Assembly: GCA_910587025.1 (NCBI GenBank)
Contig: CAJUKR010000003.1
Location: forward strand, 116 to 64,115
Direction of reading: 5' to 3'
Origin: an uncultured Christensenellaceae bacterium
GTDB taxonomy: Bacteria; Bacillota; Clostridia; Christensenellales; Pumilibacteraceae
DNA: 64,000 nt
This document shows positions 43,474-54,585 of this stretch, in pieces; within the stretch, counting starts at the first letter, position 1; each line of letters opens with the position of its first letter. The notes beneath the pieces are model-generated. The model had not been told where the DNA came from and ran no database searches. It worked only from the letters and a program-made list of their open reading frames with translations. The position numbers were made by a program, and so were the translations under genes.

Positions 43474-45504
43474 ATGGCGCTTGTCGAAATGCAGAAACTC
43501 CGCATTGTCGGGCTGAAAAGCAGACAGGCGGACATAAACGACGTGCTGGCAAAATCGGGGAAATTCGAAGTTTCGACTTCGCCCGTGCCTTTTGCCGAGG
43601 CGTCGGGATCGATCGACGTCGAAAAACTTTTGACTCTCAAAGCGCGTTGCGCCGTTGCCGTTGACGCGGTCGCAAGCGCAAACGCACGCATTGCGGATAT
43701 AATCAAAAAAGCCGGAAAGACCGAAGATCCGGCTGTTACTCACGAGCCGATAAAGATAAAATCGGCGCGTTTTTTCTCAAACGCCGAAGAACTCGACGAC
43801 GCGGGCGCGCGGGCGGACGGAATTTTCGCGAAGATAGACGAGATAGATCGGCTCGTATCGCTCGGAACGGGGTACCGCTCGGCGATGGGAAAACTTACGG
43901 CGAAAAACAAACAGCTTGCGCCGTATCTCGCATGCGGCGAAAAATTCTCCGAGTTTCGCGAAACGGACAAAACGTATTCCGTTCTCGCATGCGGGAAAGT
44001 CACGGAGTCCGCGCTCGAGGAATTGTCGACCGTCGCGCTTACCGTGCCTTACGGCGACGCGAAGTCTTGCGGGCTTGTCGGCGTCGTCGCGCTTAAAGAA
44101 AATAAAGAACGCGTAGCCGAAATACTTTCCGCGCACGGTTTGTCCGTCTGCGGAATAAACGAGGATGGCAGCGCGGAAGAGCTTATACGCAAAAACGACG
44201 CGGAGATCGCCGCGCTCGCCGATCGCGAAAAACGTGCCGTCGACGGGATCCTGGCGTACAACGAAGATGTTTGCGACATAAAGAAATTGCACGACTTCTA
44301 TATGATAGAAGCGGAAAAAGCGGCGGCGTCCAACGCTTACCCCGTGACCGCGTCGACGTTCGTCGCGGAAGGTTGGATTCCGAAGCCGAGCGCGGAAGCG
44401 CTTGTTTCGGAGGTCGGGAAAGCGGGCGGCGCGGTCGCGATTTTGCTCGACGATGTGCGCGACGGCGACGATCCGCCCACGCTGTATAAGGAGAATAAAA
44501 TTCTCGCGCCGTATCAGTCGCTTACCGACGGATATTCGCCGCCTTCGTATTTCGAGTTCGATCCGAGTCCGTTTACGGCGTTTTTCTTCTTCGTATTCTT
44601 CGGGCTTATGACAGCCGATATGGGTTACGGTATAGTGCTTACCGTCGGCGCGTTCCTTGCGGTCAGGATAATGAAGCCCGAAAAAGGTATGAAAAATCTT
44701 ATGCTTCTTATAGGGTATTCGAGCATTGCCGCGATCGTGTGGGGCATATTGTTCGGAAGCGTATTCGGATTGTCGTTCGGCGATATAGCCGGATTGTTCG
44801 GCGCTTCGGGCGTGCCTTCCGCGCTATGGTTCAATCCCATGGACGATCCCATTCAGCTTATGATACTCAGTCTGCTGTTCGGCGTCGTTCACATCACCTG
44901 CGGTTATTGTCTGCATTTTGCGGGCAATATAACGAATAAGAAGATAACCGACGCGCTTTTCGACGACGGTTTCCAGATCGTAACGTACGTCGGCGTGTTT
45001 CTGCTCGTTCTCTGGCTCGGCAATCCGAAAGACGGTATGTTTATGATCGACTCTTATCCCGAGGCTTTTTCGGCGTTGCTTACGCCGGGACTCATAATCA
45101 TGGCGGCGGGGCTGGTCGGCACGGTGCTTACCAAAGGACGCAAAAAACCGAGCATCGGCGGCAAGATCGTGACGGGGCTGTCCGGGCTTTACGGAATCGT
45201 GAACATTCTTTCCGACGTGCTGTCTTACGCCCGTCTTTTCGGTATAACTATAGCGTCGTGCGCCATCGCGTTCGCGTTCAATATAATAATAGAAATGGTG
45301 TCCGGTTTCGGCATTGCGATCATTCCGATCGCGGTCGTTCTCGCGGTCATACTTCATGCTTTCAATATGGCGATGGGCGTGTTGTCCGCGTACGTGCACA
45401 ATGCGAGATTGCAGTATCTCGAGTTTTACGGTAAGTTCTATACGGGCGACGGACATACGTTCGTTCCGCTCGGCGGAAAAACCAAGTATGTAAGGTTCGC
45501 ATGA
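43474..45504 (+). CDS. ntpI: V-type ATP synthase subunit I (a-subunit homologue)
   Basis: 676 aa, with a soluble N-terminal half and about 7 TM helices in the C-terminal half. The conserved 'SYARLF' motif contains the essential Arg. Confidence 0.9.
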   Translation: MALVEMQKLRIVGLKSRQADINDVLAKSGKFEVSTSPVPFAEASGSIDVEKLLTLKARCAVAVDAVASANARIADIIKKAGKTEDPAVTHEPIKIKSARFFSNAEELDDAGARADGIFAKIDEIDRLVSLGTGYRSAMGKLTAKNKQLAPYLACGEKFSEFRETDKTYSVLACGKVTESALEELSTVALTVPYGDAKSCGLVGVVALKENKERVAEILSAHGLSVCGINEDGSAEELIRKNDAEIAALADREKRAVDGILAYNEDVCDIKKLHDFYMIEAEKAAASNAYPVTASTFVAEGWIPKPSAEALVSEVGKAGGAVAILLDDVRDGDDPPTLYKENKILAPYQSLTDGYSPPSYFEFDPSPFTAFFFFVFFGLMTADMGYGIVLTVGAFLAVRIMKPEKGMKNLMLLIGYSSIAAIVWGILFGSVFGLSFGDIAGLFGASGVPSALWFNPMDDPIQLMILSLLFGVVHITCGYCLHFAGNITNKKITDALFDDGFQIVTYVGVFLLVLWLGNPKDGMFMIDSYPEAFSALLTPGLIIMAAGLVGTVLTKGRKKPSIGGKIVTGLSGLYGIVNILSDVLSYARLFGITIASCAIAFAFNIIIEMVSGFGIAIIPIAVVLAVILHAFNMAMGVLSAYVHNARLQYLEFYGKFYTGDGHTFVPLGGKTKYVRFA

Positions 45505-45546
45505 AGCGGACGTAAATAAAGGAAAATATTCCCGGAGGAAATAAAC

Positions 45547-46002
45547 ATGACATTAGGATTTTTCTTTGCCTGTCTCGGCGCGGCTGTTGCTATGTGCGCG
45601 GGTATAGGCTCTGTAATCGGCGTATCTCGCGCCGGTCAGGCGTCGGCGGCTTTGCTCAGCAAGGATCCGAGCAAATTCGGTACGGTTCTCGTGCTTCAGC
45701 TTCTGCCCGCCACTCAGGCGATATACGGCTTTGTCGTGGCGATAGTTTTGCTCGCCAACATCGGCGCGCTCGGTACTCCCGTCGCGCTCGGACTAGAGGA
45801 CGGACTGACTTATTTCGCGATGTGCGCGCCTATAGGCATAGTCGGTCTTATCAGCGCGATAGGACAGGGCAACGTAGCCGTAAGCTGTATCAATCTCGTA
45901 GGCAAGCAGGAAGGTCAGGTCGGTAAATCGATCATGATGACCGCACTCGTGGAATTCTTCGCGATCCTTGCTTTCCTTATCTCCATTCTCGGCGTAGCTT
46001 GA
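45547..46002 (+). CDS. ntpK: V-type ATP synthase subunit K (16-kDa proteolipid)
   Basis: 151 aa and 4 TM helices, with 'LQLLPATQAIYGF', 'SAIGQGNVA' and 'ALVEFFAILAF'. Confidence 0.92.
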   Translation: MTLGFFFACLGAAVAMCAGIGSVIGVSRAGQASAALLSKDPSKFGTVLVLQLLPATQAIYGFVVAIVLLANIGALGTPVALGLEDGLTYFAMCAPIGIVGLISAIGQGNVAVSCINLVGKQEGQVGKSIMMTALVEFFAILAFLISILGVA

Positions 46003-46011
46003 TAAACGGTT

Positions 46012-46593
46012 ATGCGTGAATCGGAAAAAATCACATCCGTAATCTTAGCCGAAGCGGAAGCCGCGGCGGAAGATATAATAGCGCGTGCAAACGCTGCGAA
46101 AACCGCGAAGCTCGAAGCTCTCGAAGCGGATTTCGCAGATGCGTCGTCGGCGCGCCTGAGTTCGCTTTCCCGCGAAAAGGAAGCGACGGTCGCACGTAAA
46201 CTGACTGTCGCGGGACTTGACGCGCGTATGTCGTCGCTTGCTTCGCGGCGCAGAGTTATGGAAAAAGCGTTCGACCGCGCCTATGAAAAAATCGCAACGC
46301 TCGGCGACGGCGAATACCGCGCTTTTTACGGACGGCTGATCGAAAAGTATGTCGGCGACGGCGATACCGTCGCGGTGGCGGCTGAGGACAAAAAACGTCT
46401 GGACGCGAAATGGCTGGAAGGGGTTTCGAAAAAGATCGGGAAAAAACTGAAACTTTCGGAGTCCGCATCGGACGGCGCGTACGGTATCGTAATAATGGGA
46501 AAGAGCTGTGAGGTCGATCTCACGCTCGGCTCGCTTATAAGCGAAGTAAAGACGGAGTGCGAATCGGAAGTGCTTGCCGCGCTTTTCGGCTGA
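46012..46593 (+). CDS. ntpE: V-type ATP synthase subunit E
   Basis: 193 aa with a long N-terminal helix and a C-terminal globular domain. Operon position supports the call. Confidence 0.8.
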   Translation: MRESEKITSVILAEAEAAAEDIIARANAAKTAKLEALEADFADASSARLSSLSREKEATVARKLTVAGLDARMSSLASRRRVMEKAFDRAYEKIATLGDGEYRAFYGRLIEKYVGDGDTVAVAAEDKKRLDAKWLEGVSKKIGKKLKLSESASDGAYGIVIMGKSCEVDLTLGSLISEVKTECESEVLAALFG

Positions 46594-46598
46594 TAAAG

Positions 46599-47564
46599 AT
46601 GGCATACGTGAGTAAAATATACGCCAATACTTTGGCGTCATACAACGCCAAGTTCCTTATGGACGGCGACAGGCTCCGTCGATTGATCGACGCGGGTTAT
46701 CCCGACGCGCTCCGCGTTTTGCAGGATTACTGTTGGGGCGACGGTCTGAGCGAGGTCACCGTCGATTCTCTGCTTGCAGCGGAAACGGAAAAACTCGTAT
46801 CCTTCGTTCGCGAGAACTCGATAGGTGAGAGAGTAAACAACGTGCTTCTCGCTCCGTTCGTCTTTCACAACGCCAAAGCCGCTTATAAAGGGCGCACGGC
46901 GGGCGCAGACGTGTCGCGGGCATTGTACGGCGGATTTACCGACGTGTCCGACGCGGTCACGGAAAAAGATTATTCAGGGTTGCCCGACGTTCTTGCCGAA
47001 ACGCTCGAGGCTCTCGACGAAGAGAGCGAGACTTCCGCGCTTTCGCCGCGGTCGATCGATATGCGGATCACGTCGGCGATGTATGCGTATTCGCTTGCCG
47101 AAGCTAAAGGCGACAAAGCCGCGTCGAAATACGTAAAAAGCGAAATCGATCTGAAAAATCTGCTCACGCTATTTCGCCTGCGTGTACTGGGCGACAGAAA
47201 ATCGTTGCCCGAACTGTTTATTCGCGGCGGTTCGCTCGATCTCGGGGAGATGACGAAAGCGCTCGAAGCGAGTGCGGAAGCGTTCAATCTTTTTTATGCG
47301 AGAAGCGTATACTCGGACGTATTCGAAGGCGTGGAAAAAGGCGCGTCTGCGATCACCGAGCTCGAAACGGGAATCGACGAATATCTGTACGCTCTCACGC
47401 TTTCGGGGCGCGACGATTTTCTTTCGGAAAATCCGTTTGTGAATTATTTTCACCGCGCAATGCTCGAGCTTAAGACGGTGCGTACCGTACTCGTGTGTCT
47501 GAAGAACAATGCCGCCGACGAGATTAAAAGGAGGCTGAGAGCCGTTTATGACCGAATCGGGTAA
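46599..47564 (+). CDS. ntpC: V-type ATP synthase subunit C (d-subunit homologue)
   Basis: ORF trimmed to 'MAYVSKIYANTL'. It is 321 aa and all-helical. Operon position supports the call. Confidence 0.8.
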   Translation: MAYVSKIYANTLASYNAKFLMDGDRLRRLIDAGYPDALRVLQDYCWGDGLSEVTVDSLLAAETEKLVSFVRENSIGERVNNVLLAPFVFHNAKAAYKGRTAGADVSRALYGGFTDVSDAVTEKDYSGLPDVLAETLEALDEESETSALSPRSIDMRITSAMYAYSLAEAKGDKAASKYVKSEIDLKNLLTLFRLRVLGDRKSLPELFIRGGSLDLGEMTKALEASAEAFNLFYARSVYSDVFEGVEKGASAITELETGIDEYLYALTLSGRDDFLSENPFVNYFHRAMLELKTVRTVLVCLKNNAADEIKRRLRAVYDRIG

Positions 47565-47871
47565 AATAGCCGTGATAGGCGATATCGATTCCGCGCTCGC
47601 ATTCCGCGCCGTCGGAGCAGACACTTTCGAGGCGGATGAAAACAGCGCGAAAACCGTGCTTAAAAATAAGGTGAAGTCGGGCGAATACGCGATCATTTTC
47701 GTGACCGAACAGCTTGCGGCGATAATGCCCGAAGAACTTGAAGAACTCAAAAATCTGACGTATCCTTGCGTTATTCCGATCCCGTCCTGTCTGGGCAGTA
47801 CCGGTTACGGCGAAACGAGCATACGTCGCGACGTCGAGAAAGCAATCGGCGCCGATATCCTCGGCGACTGA
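47548..47871 (+). CDS. V-type ATP synthase subunit F
   Basis: 107 aa with '[22 protein letters not shown]' and '[10 protein letters not shown]'. Confidence 0.85.
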   Translation: MTESGKIAVIGDIDSALAFRAVGADTFEADENSAKTVLKNKVKSGEYAIIFVTEQLAAIMPEELEELKNLTYPCVIPIPSCLGSTGYGETSIRRDVEKAIGADILGD

Positions 47872-47888
47872 AAAACGGAGAACTTTCA

Positions 47889-49655
47889 ATGAGCGAATCT
47901 ATAGGTAAAATAGTCAAGGTTTCCGGACCGCTGATCGTAGCGGAAGGGATGGCGGACGTCAAAATGTACGACGTCGTGCGCGTATCGGAAAAGCGTCTTA
48001 TCGGCGAGGTTATCGAACTTCGCGGCGACAAGGCGTCCGTTCAGGTATACGAGGAAACGAGCATGCTCGGATCGGGAGAAGACGTATATACCACAGGCGC
48101 GCCGCTGTCCGTGGAACTCGGACCCGGACTTATGGAAGGCATATACGACGGTATACAGCGTCCTCTCGAAAAACTCGTAGAAGCGAGCGGCGAGCGTATA
48201 GGAAGAGGAATAGACATTCCAGCGCTCGACCATAAAAAGAAATGGAAGTTCGAACCCACCGCAAAAAAGGGCGATAAAGTCGCGGCGGGCGATATAATCG
48301 GCGTCGTACACGAAAACGAGATCGTCGATTGTAAGATCATGATTCCTTACGGCGTCGAAGGCACTATAGCGAAGATCGACGCGGGGGAGTTTACCGTGGA
48401 CGATACCGTGGCGGTGATCGAAAACGATAAAAAGAAAACAAACGTCACGATGCTTCAGAAATGGCCGGTGCGTCGCGGCAGACCTTATAAATCGAAGGTG
48501 TCGCCCGAAGAACCGCTCGTTACGGGTCAGCGCGTTATCGATACGCTTTTCCCCATAGCCCGCGGCGGCGTTGCGGCGGTACCCGGACCGTTCGGAAGCG
48601 GAAAGACTGTCGTTCAGCATCAGCTCGCGAAATGGGCGGATGCGGACATAATAGTTTACGTCGGATGCGGAGAACGCGGTAACGAAATGACCGACGTACT
48701 GAACGAATTTCCCGAGCTCAAAGACCCTCGCACGGGCAAACCGCTTATGAAGCGTACCGTGCTTATCGCGAATACTTCGGATATGCCCGTCGCGGCGCGT
48801 GAAGCGAGTATATATACGGGCATAACGATCGCCGAATACTTCCGCGATATGGGTTATTCTGTCGCTATCATGGCGGATTCCACATCGCGTTGGGCGGAAG
48901 CTCTGCGCGAAATGAGCGGCAGACTGGAAGAGATGCCGGGCGAAGAAGGCTATCCCGCGTATCTTTCCGCGCGTCTTGCCGAATTCTACGAGCGCGCAGG
49001 CGTAGTTAAGCTGCTCGGCTCGGGCGACAGAACGGGATCGATAACGGCTATCGGCGCGGTTTCCCCTCCGGGCGGCGATATGTCCGAGCCCGTTTCACAG
49101 GCTACGCTCCGCATAGTAAAAGTATTCTGGGGACTTTCGAGTTCGCTCGCTTACCGTCGGCATTTCCCTGCGATCGACTGGCTCGTGTCGTACTCGCTTT
49201 ACAGCGACAGATTGCAGGAATGGTACGACGATAAAGTCGATCCCGCATGGACGGATTACCGTCGCGCGGCAATGAAGATATTGCAGGAAGAGGCTCGCCT
49301 GGACGAGATCGTAAGGCTTGTCGGCATGGACGCGCTTTCGCCGCACGACCGCATGACCATGGAATGCGCGAAAAGCGTCCGTGAAGACTATTTGCACCAA
49401 AACGCGTTCCACGAGGTCGATACTTACGCGTCGCTCGACAAACAATTCAAAATGCTCAAACTCATAATAGATTGGTACGAAGCGAGCCGCAGAGCGTTGG
49501 ACGCGGGAGTTCCCGTCGCCGCCGTACTCGGGATTCCGGAACGCGACGGTATAGGCAGAGCGAAATACGTTCCCGAAGAGGAAACGACAAAGATAGACGA
49601 GCTCGGAAGAGCGGTCAGAGAGCGTATCGAATCGCTGACAAAGACGGAGGTATAA
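47889..49655 (+). CDS. ntpA: V-type ATP synthase catalytic subunit A
   Basis: ORF trimmed to '[21 protein letters not shown]'. Walker A is 'GPFGSGKTV', with '[11 protein letters not shown]' and '[10 protein letters not shown]'. Confidence 0.97.
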   Translation: MSESIGKIVKVSGPLIVAEGMADVKMYDVVRVSEKRLIGEVIELRGDKASVQVYEETSMLGSGEDVYTTGAPLSVELGPGLMEGIYDGIQRPLEKLVEASGERIGRGIDIPALDHKKKWKFEPTAKKGDKVAAGDIIGVVHENEIVDCKIMIPYGVEGTIAKIDAGEFTVDDTVAVIENDKKKTNVTMLQKWPVRRGRPYKSKVSPEEPLVTGQRVIDTLFPIARGGVAAVPGPFGSGKTVVQHQLAKWADADIIVYVGCGERGNEMTDVLNEFPELKDPRTGKPLMKRTVLIANTSDMPVAAREASIYTGITIAEYFRDMGYSVAIMADSTSRWAEALREMSGRLEEMPGEEGYPAYLSARLAEFYERAGVVKLLGSGDRTGSITAIGAVSPPGGDMSEPVSQATLRIVKVFWGLSSSLAYRRHFPAIDWLVSYSLYSDRLQEWYDDKVDPAWTDYRRAAMKILQEEARLDEIVRLVGMDALSPHDRMTMECAKSVREDYLHQNAFHEVDTYASLDKQFKMLKLIIDWYEASRRALDAGVPVAAVLGIPERDGIGRAKYVPEEETTKIDELGRAVRERIESLTKTEV

Positions 49656-51029
49656 ATGAAAAAAGAATACCGAACCATCCGTGAAGTCGTAGGACCTTTG
49701 ATGCTCGTCGAGGGCGTCGAGGGCGTAAAATACAACGAGCTTGTGGAGATCAGACAGGCGGACGGCGAGATCAGACAGGGCAAGGTGCTAGAGATCAATC
49801 GCGACAAGGCGCTTGTACAGTTGTTCGAAGCGAGCCGCGGGCTCAAGATCTCGACGGCTAAAGCCGCGTTCGTCGGTCACGGCATAGAGCTTGCCGTATC
49901 TATGGATATGCTCGGCAGGATTTTCGACGGCATGGGCAAACCGAAGGACGGCGGCGCGGAGATCATCGCCGATAAACGCATAGACATAAACGGTCAGCCC
50001 ATCAATCCCGCTGCGCGCGATTATCCCGACGAATTCATACAGACGGGAGTTTCCGCAATCGACGGACTGAATACGCTCGTCCGCGGTCAGAAACTGCCTG
50101 TGTTCTCCGCGTCCGGTCTGCCGCATGCGGATCTTGCCGCGCAAATAGCGCGTCAGGCGAAAGTGCTCGGCGACGAATCCAATTTCGCCGTTGTGTTCGC
50201 CGCGATGGGTATAACTTACGAAGAAGCCGATTTCTTTATTTCGGATTTCCGCAAAACGGGCGCGATAGACCGCGCCGTACTGTTCATGAATCTCGCATCC
50301 GATCCCGCCGTAGAGCGTATTTCCACGCCTCGTATGGCGCTGACCGCCGCGGAATATCTGGCGTTCGAAAAGGGTATGCACGTTCTCGTTATAATGACGG
50401 ATATTACGAACTACGCCGAGGCGCTTCGCGAAGTTTCCGCCGCGAGAAAGGAAGTCCCCGGTCGCCGCGGCTATCCGGGTTATATGTATACCGACCTTGC
50501 CGGACTTTACGAACGCGCAGGCAGGATACGCGGAAAGGAAGGATCTATCACGCAGATCCCCATTCTCACCATGCCCGAGGACGACAAAACGCATCCCATA
50601 CCCGATCTTACGGGATATATAACCGAAGGGCAGATCATCTTGTCGCGCGACCTTTACAAGCGCGGTTACAATCCGCCCATCGACGTTCTTCCCAGCCTGT
50701 CCAGACTCAAAGACAAAGGCATAGGCGACGGCAAAACGCGCGAGGATCATGCGGATACGATGAACCAGCTTTTTGCCGCGTACGCTTCGGGCAAGCAGGC
50801 GAAAGAGCTGTCCGCCATTCTCGGCGACGCGGCTTTATCCGAAACGGACAGAAAGTACGCGCGGTTTGCCGAGGAGTTCGAAAAGCGTTATATAAATCAA
50901 TCTTTTACGGTGAACAGAAGCATAGAAGAAACGCTCGATCTCGGTTGGGAATTGCTTTCGCTTCTTCCGCGCGGCGAGTTGAAACGTATCAAAGAAAAGT
51001 TTATTGACAAATATCTCGGTAAAGAATAA
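49656..51029 (+). CDS. ntpB: V-type ATP synthase subunit B
   Basis: 457 aa with '[14 protein letters not shown]' and '[15 protein letters not shown]'. Confidence 0.97.
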   Translation: MKKEYRTIREVVGPLMLVEGVEGVKYNELVEIRQADGEIRQGKVLEINRDKALVQLFEASRGLKISTAKAAFVGHGIELAVSMDMLGRIFDGMGKPKDGGAEIIADKRIDINGQPINPAARDYPDEFIQTGVSAIDGLNTLVRGQKLPVFSASGLPHADLAAQIARQAKVLGDESNFAVVFAAMGITYEEADFFISDFRKTGAIDRAVLFMNLASDPAVERISTPRMALTAAEYLAFEKGMHVLVIMTDITNYAEALREVSAARKEVPGRRGYPGYMYTDLAGLYERAGRIRGKEGSITQIPILTMPEDDKTHPIPDLTGYITEGQIILSRDLYKRGYNPPIDVLPSLSRLKDKGIGDGKTREDHADTMNQLFAAYASGKQAKELSAILGDAALSETDRKYARFAEEFEKRYINQSFTVNRSIEETLDLGWELLSLLPRGELKRIKEKFIDKYLGKE

Positions 51030-51031
51030 TA

Positions 51032-51667
51032 ATGGCAAGACTCAACGTAAATCCCACGCGTATGGAACTCCGTCGCATCAAGGACAGATTGCAGACGGCG
51101 GTGAAAGGGCATAAATTGCTCAAAGACAAATCCGACGAAATGGTACGCCGTTTCATGGAACTCATACGCGAAAATAAACGCCTGCGTCGCGAGCTCGAAA
51201 CCGAGCTTTCGGACGCTTTGCGCGCTTTTATGCTCGCCCGCGCGTCGTCAGACGAAGCGTCGGTCGTGCAGGCTATCGCCGTGCCGTCGAAACGCGTGGA
51301 CGTTACTTGCGAAACGCGGAGCATCATGGGAGTGGACGTTCCGTCCGTGAAGATCGAGAGCCGCGGAGACGCGGAACTGCCGTATGCGCTTCCGTCGGTC
51401 ACCGGGGAACTCGATTTGTCCGTAATGAAACTGTCCGCATTGACCGAGAAGTTGCTCAGACTTGCCGAGGTGGAGAAAGCGTGCAACATGCTCGCGAACG
51501 AGGTTGTCAAAAACCGCCGCCGCGTCAATGCGCTCGAATATGTCATGATCCCCGACTGCGAAGAAACGATCAAGTATATCATGATGAAACTTGACGAGAA
51601 CGAGCGCAGTACGCAGATACGGCTTATGAAAGTCAAATCCATGATCGACAACGCGAACAACGTATAA
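51032..51667 (+). CDS. ntpD: V-type ATP synthase subunit D
   Basis: 211 aa with 'LNVNPTRMELRRIKDRLQTAVKGHKLLKDK' and 'RRRVNALEYVMIP'. Confidence 0.95.
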   Translation: MARLNVNPTRMELRRIKDRLQTAVKGHKLLKDKSDEMVRRFMELIRENKRLRRELETELSDALRAFMLARASSDEASVVQAIAVPSKRVDVTCETRSIMGVDVPSVKIESRGDAELPYALPSVTGELDLSVMKLSALTEKLLRLAEVEKACNMLANEVVKNRRRVNALEYVMIPDCEETIKYIMMKLDENERSTQIRLMKVKSMIDNANNV

Positions 51668-51693
51668 ACCGAACGGTATATTAAATATAGGCT

Positions 51694-53523
51694 ATGAAAA
51701 GCAAATGGAAATCTCCGGGGAAATACACCCCGTGCGGAATAGGAGGGCAGGCGCTGCTCGAAGGCGTAATGATGCGCGGAAAGACTTCGACGGCTATTTG
51801 TTGTCGCGACGAAAAAGGCGAGCTTGCGGTCTGCACCGAGCGAACGCCCGAACGTAAAAAATGGTATCACCGTGTGCCTGTCGTGCGCGGTGTTACTTCT
51901 TTTTTGTTTTCGCTTGTGGGCGGGGTAAAATATATCTCGAAATCGGCGGAAATTTATGCGGGCGACGACGAGGACGCCAAACTCGGCAAAGGAGGCATGA
52001 TCATCGCCGTCGTTCTTGCCGTCGTTCTTGCCGTCGGACTGTTTATAGTCCTTCCCACGCTTTTCAGTTATCTGCTTCTCGATCTTGCGATCGATCTGCC
52101 GAATAAGGTGGACGACAATCTGTACGTACTTTTTATGTGCCTGTTCAAAGGCGTGATGAAAGTGATTATACTTCTTATATACCTTTGGCTTACGTCCAAA
52201 CTGAAGGACATAAAGCGTACGTATATGTATCACGGCGCGGAGCATCGCACGATAAATTGCTACGAACACAATCTCGATCTTACGGTAGAGAACGTTCAAA
52301 GCTGTTCGACCAGACATGCGCGTTGCGGGACTACGTTTATGTTTTATACCGTAATGATAAGCGTGCTCGTAGTTACGCTCGTCACATGGGTACTTTCGCT
52401 TTTCGGGCTTACGTCGCTTTATATGCAGGCGCTTTGCGGCGAAACGGCGGGGAAAATACTTTACAACGTCATTTGTATGGGCATAGGACTTCTTTGTCTG
52501 CCGGTTATTGCGGGCGTGAGTTACGAGTTTCTGCGACTTATAGCCAAAGCGCCCGACAATGCGTTTTTCATGATCTTCAAAGCGCCCGGTTTCGCGCTTC
52601 AGGCGCTTACGACCAAGATCCCCGACGACGGTATGGCGGAAGCCGCGATAACGGCTTTTCGCACCGTTCTCGAGATGGATGCCGATCCGACCGTTCCCGC
52701 AGTGGACTTTTACGAAATGACGGTGCGCTCGGCGCGGAAATATATCGAAGAAAAGTATGCCGAGGCCGGCATAGACGATCCGTCCGAACCCGATTGGTTG
52801 CTTTGCGATATCCTCGACGTCGGTCGCGCCGATCTTCGTCGGGTGGAAAAACTCGATAAAGAGCGCGCCGCGAAGCTCAAGGCGTGCGTCTCCGAACGCA
52901 TAAGCGGCAAACCGCTCGATTACGTTATAGGAAAAAGCGATTTTCTCGGTTATGAACTCAAAGTCGACGAGAGAGTGCATTTGCCGCGCATGGAAACCGA
53001 AACCGTCGCTCTCGAAGCGATAAAACTTATCGAAAAAAACGGGTATACGACCGCGCTCGATCTTATGACGGGAAGCGGATGCATAGCTCGCGCCCTTGCC
53101 GAGCGTACGACCGCGAAAATCACGGCGTCGGATATTTCGTCCGCCGCGCTCGAAGTTGCGAGGAGCAATCTGACGGCAGAAACCGAAACGGTCGAAAGCG
53201 ACTGCTTCGAAAGTATAGACGGCAGTTTCGATATAATTGTTTCCAATCCGCCTTATATACGTAGCAAAGAGATCGACGGCTTGCAAAAAGAAGTGACATG
53301 TCAGCCGCGCATAAGTTTGGACGGCGGCGAAGACGGACTCGATTTTTATAAAAAAATAGCGCGCGAAGCTAAAGAACACTTGAACGACGGCGGCGCGCTG
53401 GTACTCGAAATCGGGCACGATCAGGCGTCCGACGTCGTCGCCCTTCTGGAAGGATATAAGGACATAAAAGTAGTCCGCGACTTAAGCGGAAGCGACCGTT
53501 GCATAACGGCGGTAAAGGCATGA
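51694..53523 (+). CDS. prmC: fusion protein: DUF1385 (YqhQ-like membrane domain) + peptide-chain-release-factor N5-glutamine methyltransferase PrmC
   Basis: 609 aa. The N-terminal part has '[13 protein letters not shown]' and '[13 protein letters not shown]' with TM helices (DUF1385). The C-terminal part has '[30 protein letters not shown]', '[11 protein letters not shown]' and 'VSNPPYI' (PrmC/HemK). Confidence 0.87.
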   Translation: MKSKWKSPGKYTPCGIGGQALLEGVMMRGKTSTAICCRDEKGELAVCTERTPERKKWYHRVPVVRGVTSFLFSLVGGVKYISKSAEIYAGDDEDAKLGKGGMIIAVVLAVVLAVGLFIVLPTLFSYLLLDLAIDLPNKVDDNLYVLFMCLFKGVMKVIILLIYLWLTSKLKDIKRTYMYHGAEHRTINCYEHNLDLTVENVQSCSTRHARCGTTFMFYTVMISVLVVTLVTWVLSLFGLTSLYMQALCGETAGKILYNVICMGIGLLCLPVIAGVSYEFLRLIAKAPDNAFFMIFKAPGFALQALTTKIPDDGMAEAAITAFRTVLEMDADPTVPAVDFYEMTVRSARKYIEEKYAEAGIDDPSEPDWLLCDILDVGRADLRRVEKLDKERAAKLKACVSERISGKPLDYVIGKSDFLGYELKVDERVHLPRMETETVALEAIKLIEKNGYTTALDLMTGSGCIARALAERTTAKITASDISSAALEVARSNLTAETETVESDCFESIDGSFDIIVSNPPYIRSKEIDGLQKEVTCQPRISLDGGEDGLDFYKKIAREAKEHLNDGGALVLEIGHDQASDVVALLEGYKDIKVVRDLSGSDRCITAVKA

Positions 53524-54581
53524 ACAGAGAAAAGCTCGAATCGATAATATCGCGCTATAATGCGTTGAGCGATAAAATAGCCGATCCAGAAGTGATTGCG
53601 GATACGGCGGGCTGGAGCAAACTCTGCAAAGAGCATACCTCGCTTTCTCCCGTCGCGGATAAGTATTCCGAACTCACAAAAGCCGAGCGGGATCTGAGCG
53701 AAGCGGAAGCATTGCTTTCCGATCCCGACATGAAAGAACTTGCGGAAGAGGAGATCGACAGGCGGCGCAAAGATATAGCGCGCATCGAAGAAGAATTGAA
53801 GATACTGTTGCTTCCCAAAGACCCGAACGACGACAAAAATGTCATAATAGAGATACGCGGCGGCGCGGGCGGCGAAGAAGCGGCGTTATTCGGAGCCGAT
53901 CTCATGCGCATGTATAAGATGTATGCCGATCGCGTCGGTCTTCGCGTAGAGGATATGAGTCTGAATGCGACAGAACTCGGCGGGGTGAAAGAAGCCGTAT
54001 TCATGCTTTCGGGCTCGGAAGTGTACGGGCGGCTCAAGTTCGAGTCCGGCGTTCATCGCGTTCAGCGCGTGCCCGAAACCGAAACGCAGGGACGTATCCA
54101 TACTTCGACCGTGACGGTTGCCGTTCTGCCCGAAGCCGAGGACGTAAATGTCGTTTTGCTCGATAAAGACATACGCATAGATACGTACAGGAGCGGCGGC
54201 GCGGGCGGTCAGCATATAAACAAAACCGATTCCGCAGTGCGTATGACGCATATTCCGACAGGTATAGTTGTATGCTGCGAGGACGAGCGCAGTCAGATGA
54301 AAAATCGCGACAAGGCTATGAAAGTACTCAAAGCCAGAGTATACGACCATTATAATTCCATTGCCGAAAAAGAATATTCGGACAAACGCCGCAGTCAGGT
54401 GGGCACGGGAGACAGAAGCGAACGCATAAGAACGTATAACTTTCCGCAGGGTCGGATTACCGATCACCGCATAGGGCTTTCGCTGTATAACATAGTCGAT
54501 TTCATGAACGGCAACATCGACGAAATGCTCGAGGCGCTCAGGCTCGCCGACATCACGGCGAAGCTCGAACAGGGGATCTGA
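53520..54581 (+). CDS. prfA: peptide chain release factor 1
   Basis: ORF trimmed to 'MNREKLESI', sharing an ATGA overlap with prmC. Contains '[14 protein letters not shown]' and the '[15 protein letters not shown]' GGQ motif. Confidence 0.96.
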   Translation: MNREKLESIISRYNALSDKIADPEVIADTAGWSKLCKEHTSLSPVADKYSELTKAERDLSEAEALLSDPDMKELAEEEIDRRRKDIARIEEELKILLLPKDPNDDKNVIIEIRGGAGGEEAALFGADLMRMYKMYADRVGLRVEDMSLNATELGGVKEAVFMLSGSEVYGRLKFESGVHRVQRVPETETQGRIHTSTVTVAVLPEAEDVNVVLLDKDIRIDTYRSGGAGGQHINKTDSAVRMTHIPTGIVVCCEDERSQMKNRDKAMKVLKARVYDHYNSIAEKEYSDKRRSQVGTGDRSERIRTYNFPQGRITDHRIGLSLYNIVDFMNGNIDEMLEALRLADITAKLEQGI

Positions 54582-54585
54582 CGTC

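Noticed and set aside
52006-52037. A tandem 12-nt repeat GCCGTCGTTCTT x2, plus a partial third copy.
   Set aside because: It is in frame within a TM helix of the DUF1385 domain ('[12 protein letters not shown]'). It is a small coding duplication, although it could be a slippage-prone site.
53520-54581. The RF1 stop-codon recognition tripeptide reads P-E-T rather than the textbook P-A/V-T.
   Set aside because: The motif is defined as PxT with a variable middle residue. The flanking '[14 protein letters not shown]' is otherwise canonical, so there is no evidence for altered stop-codon specificity.
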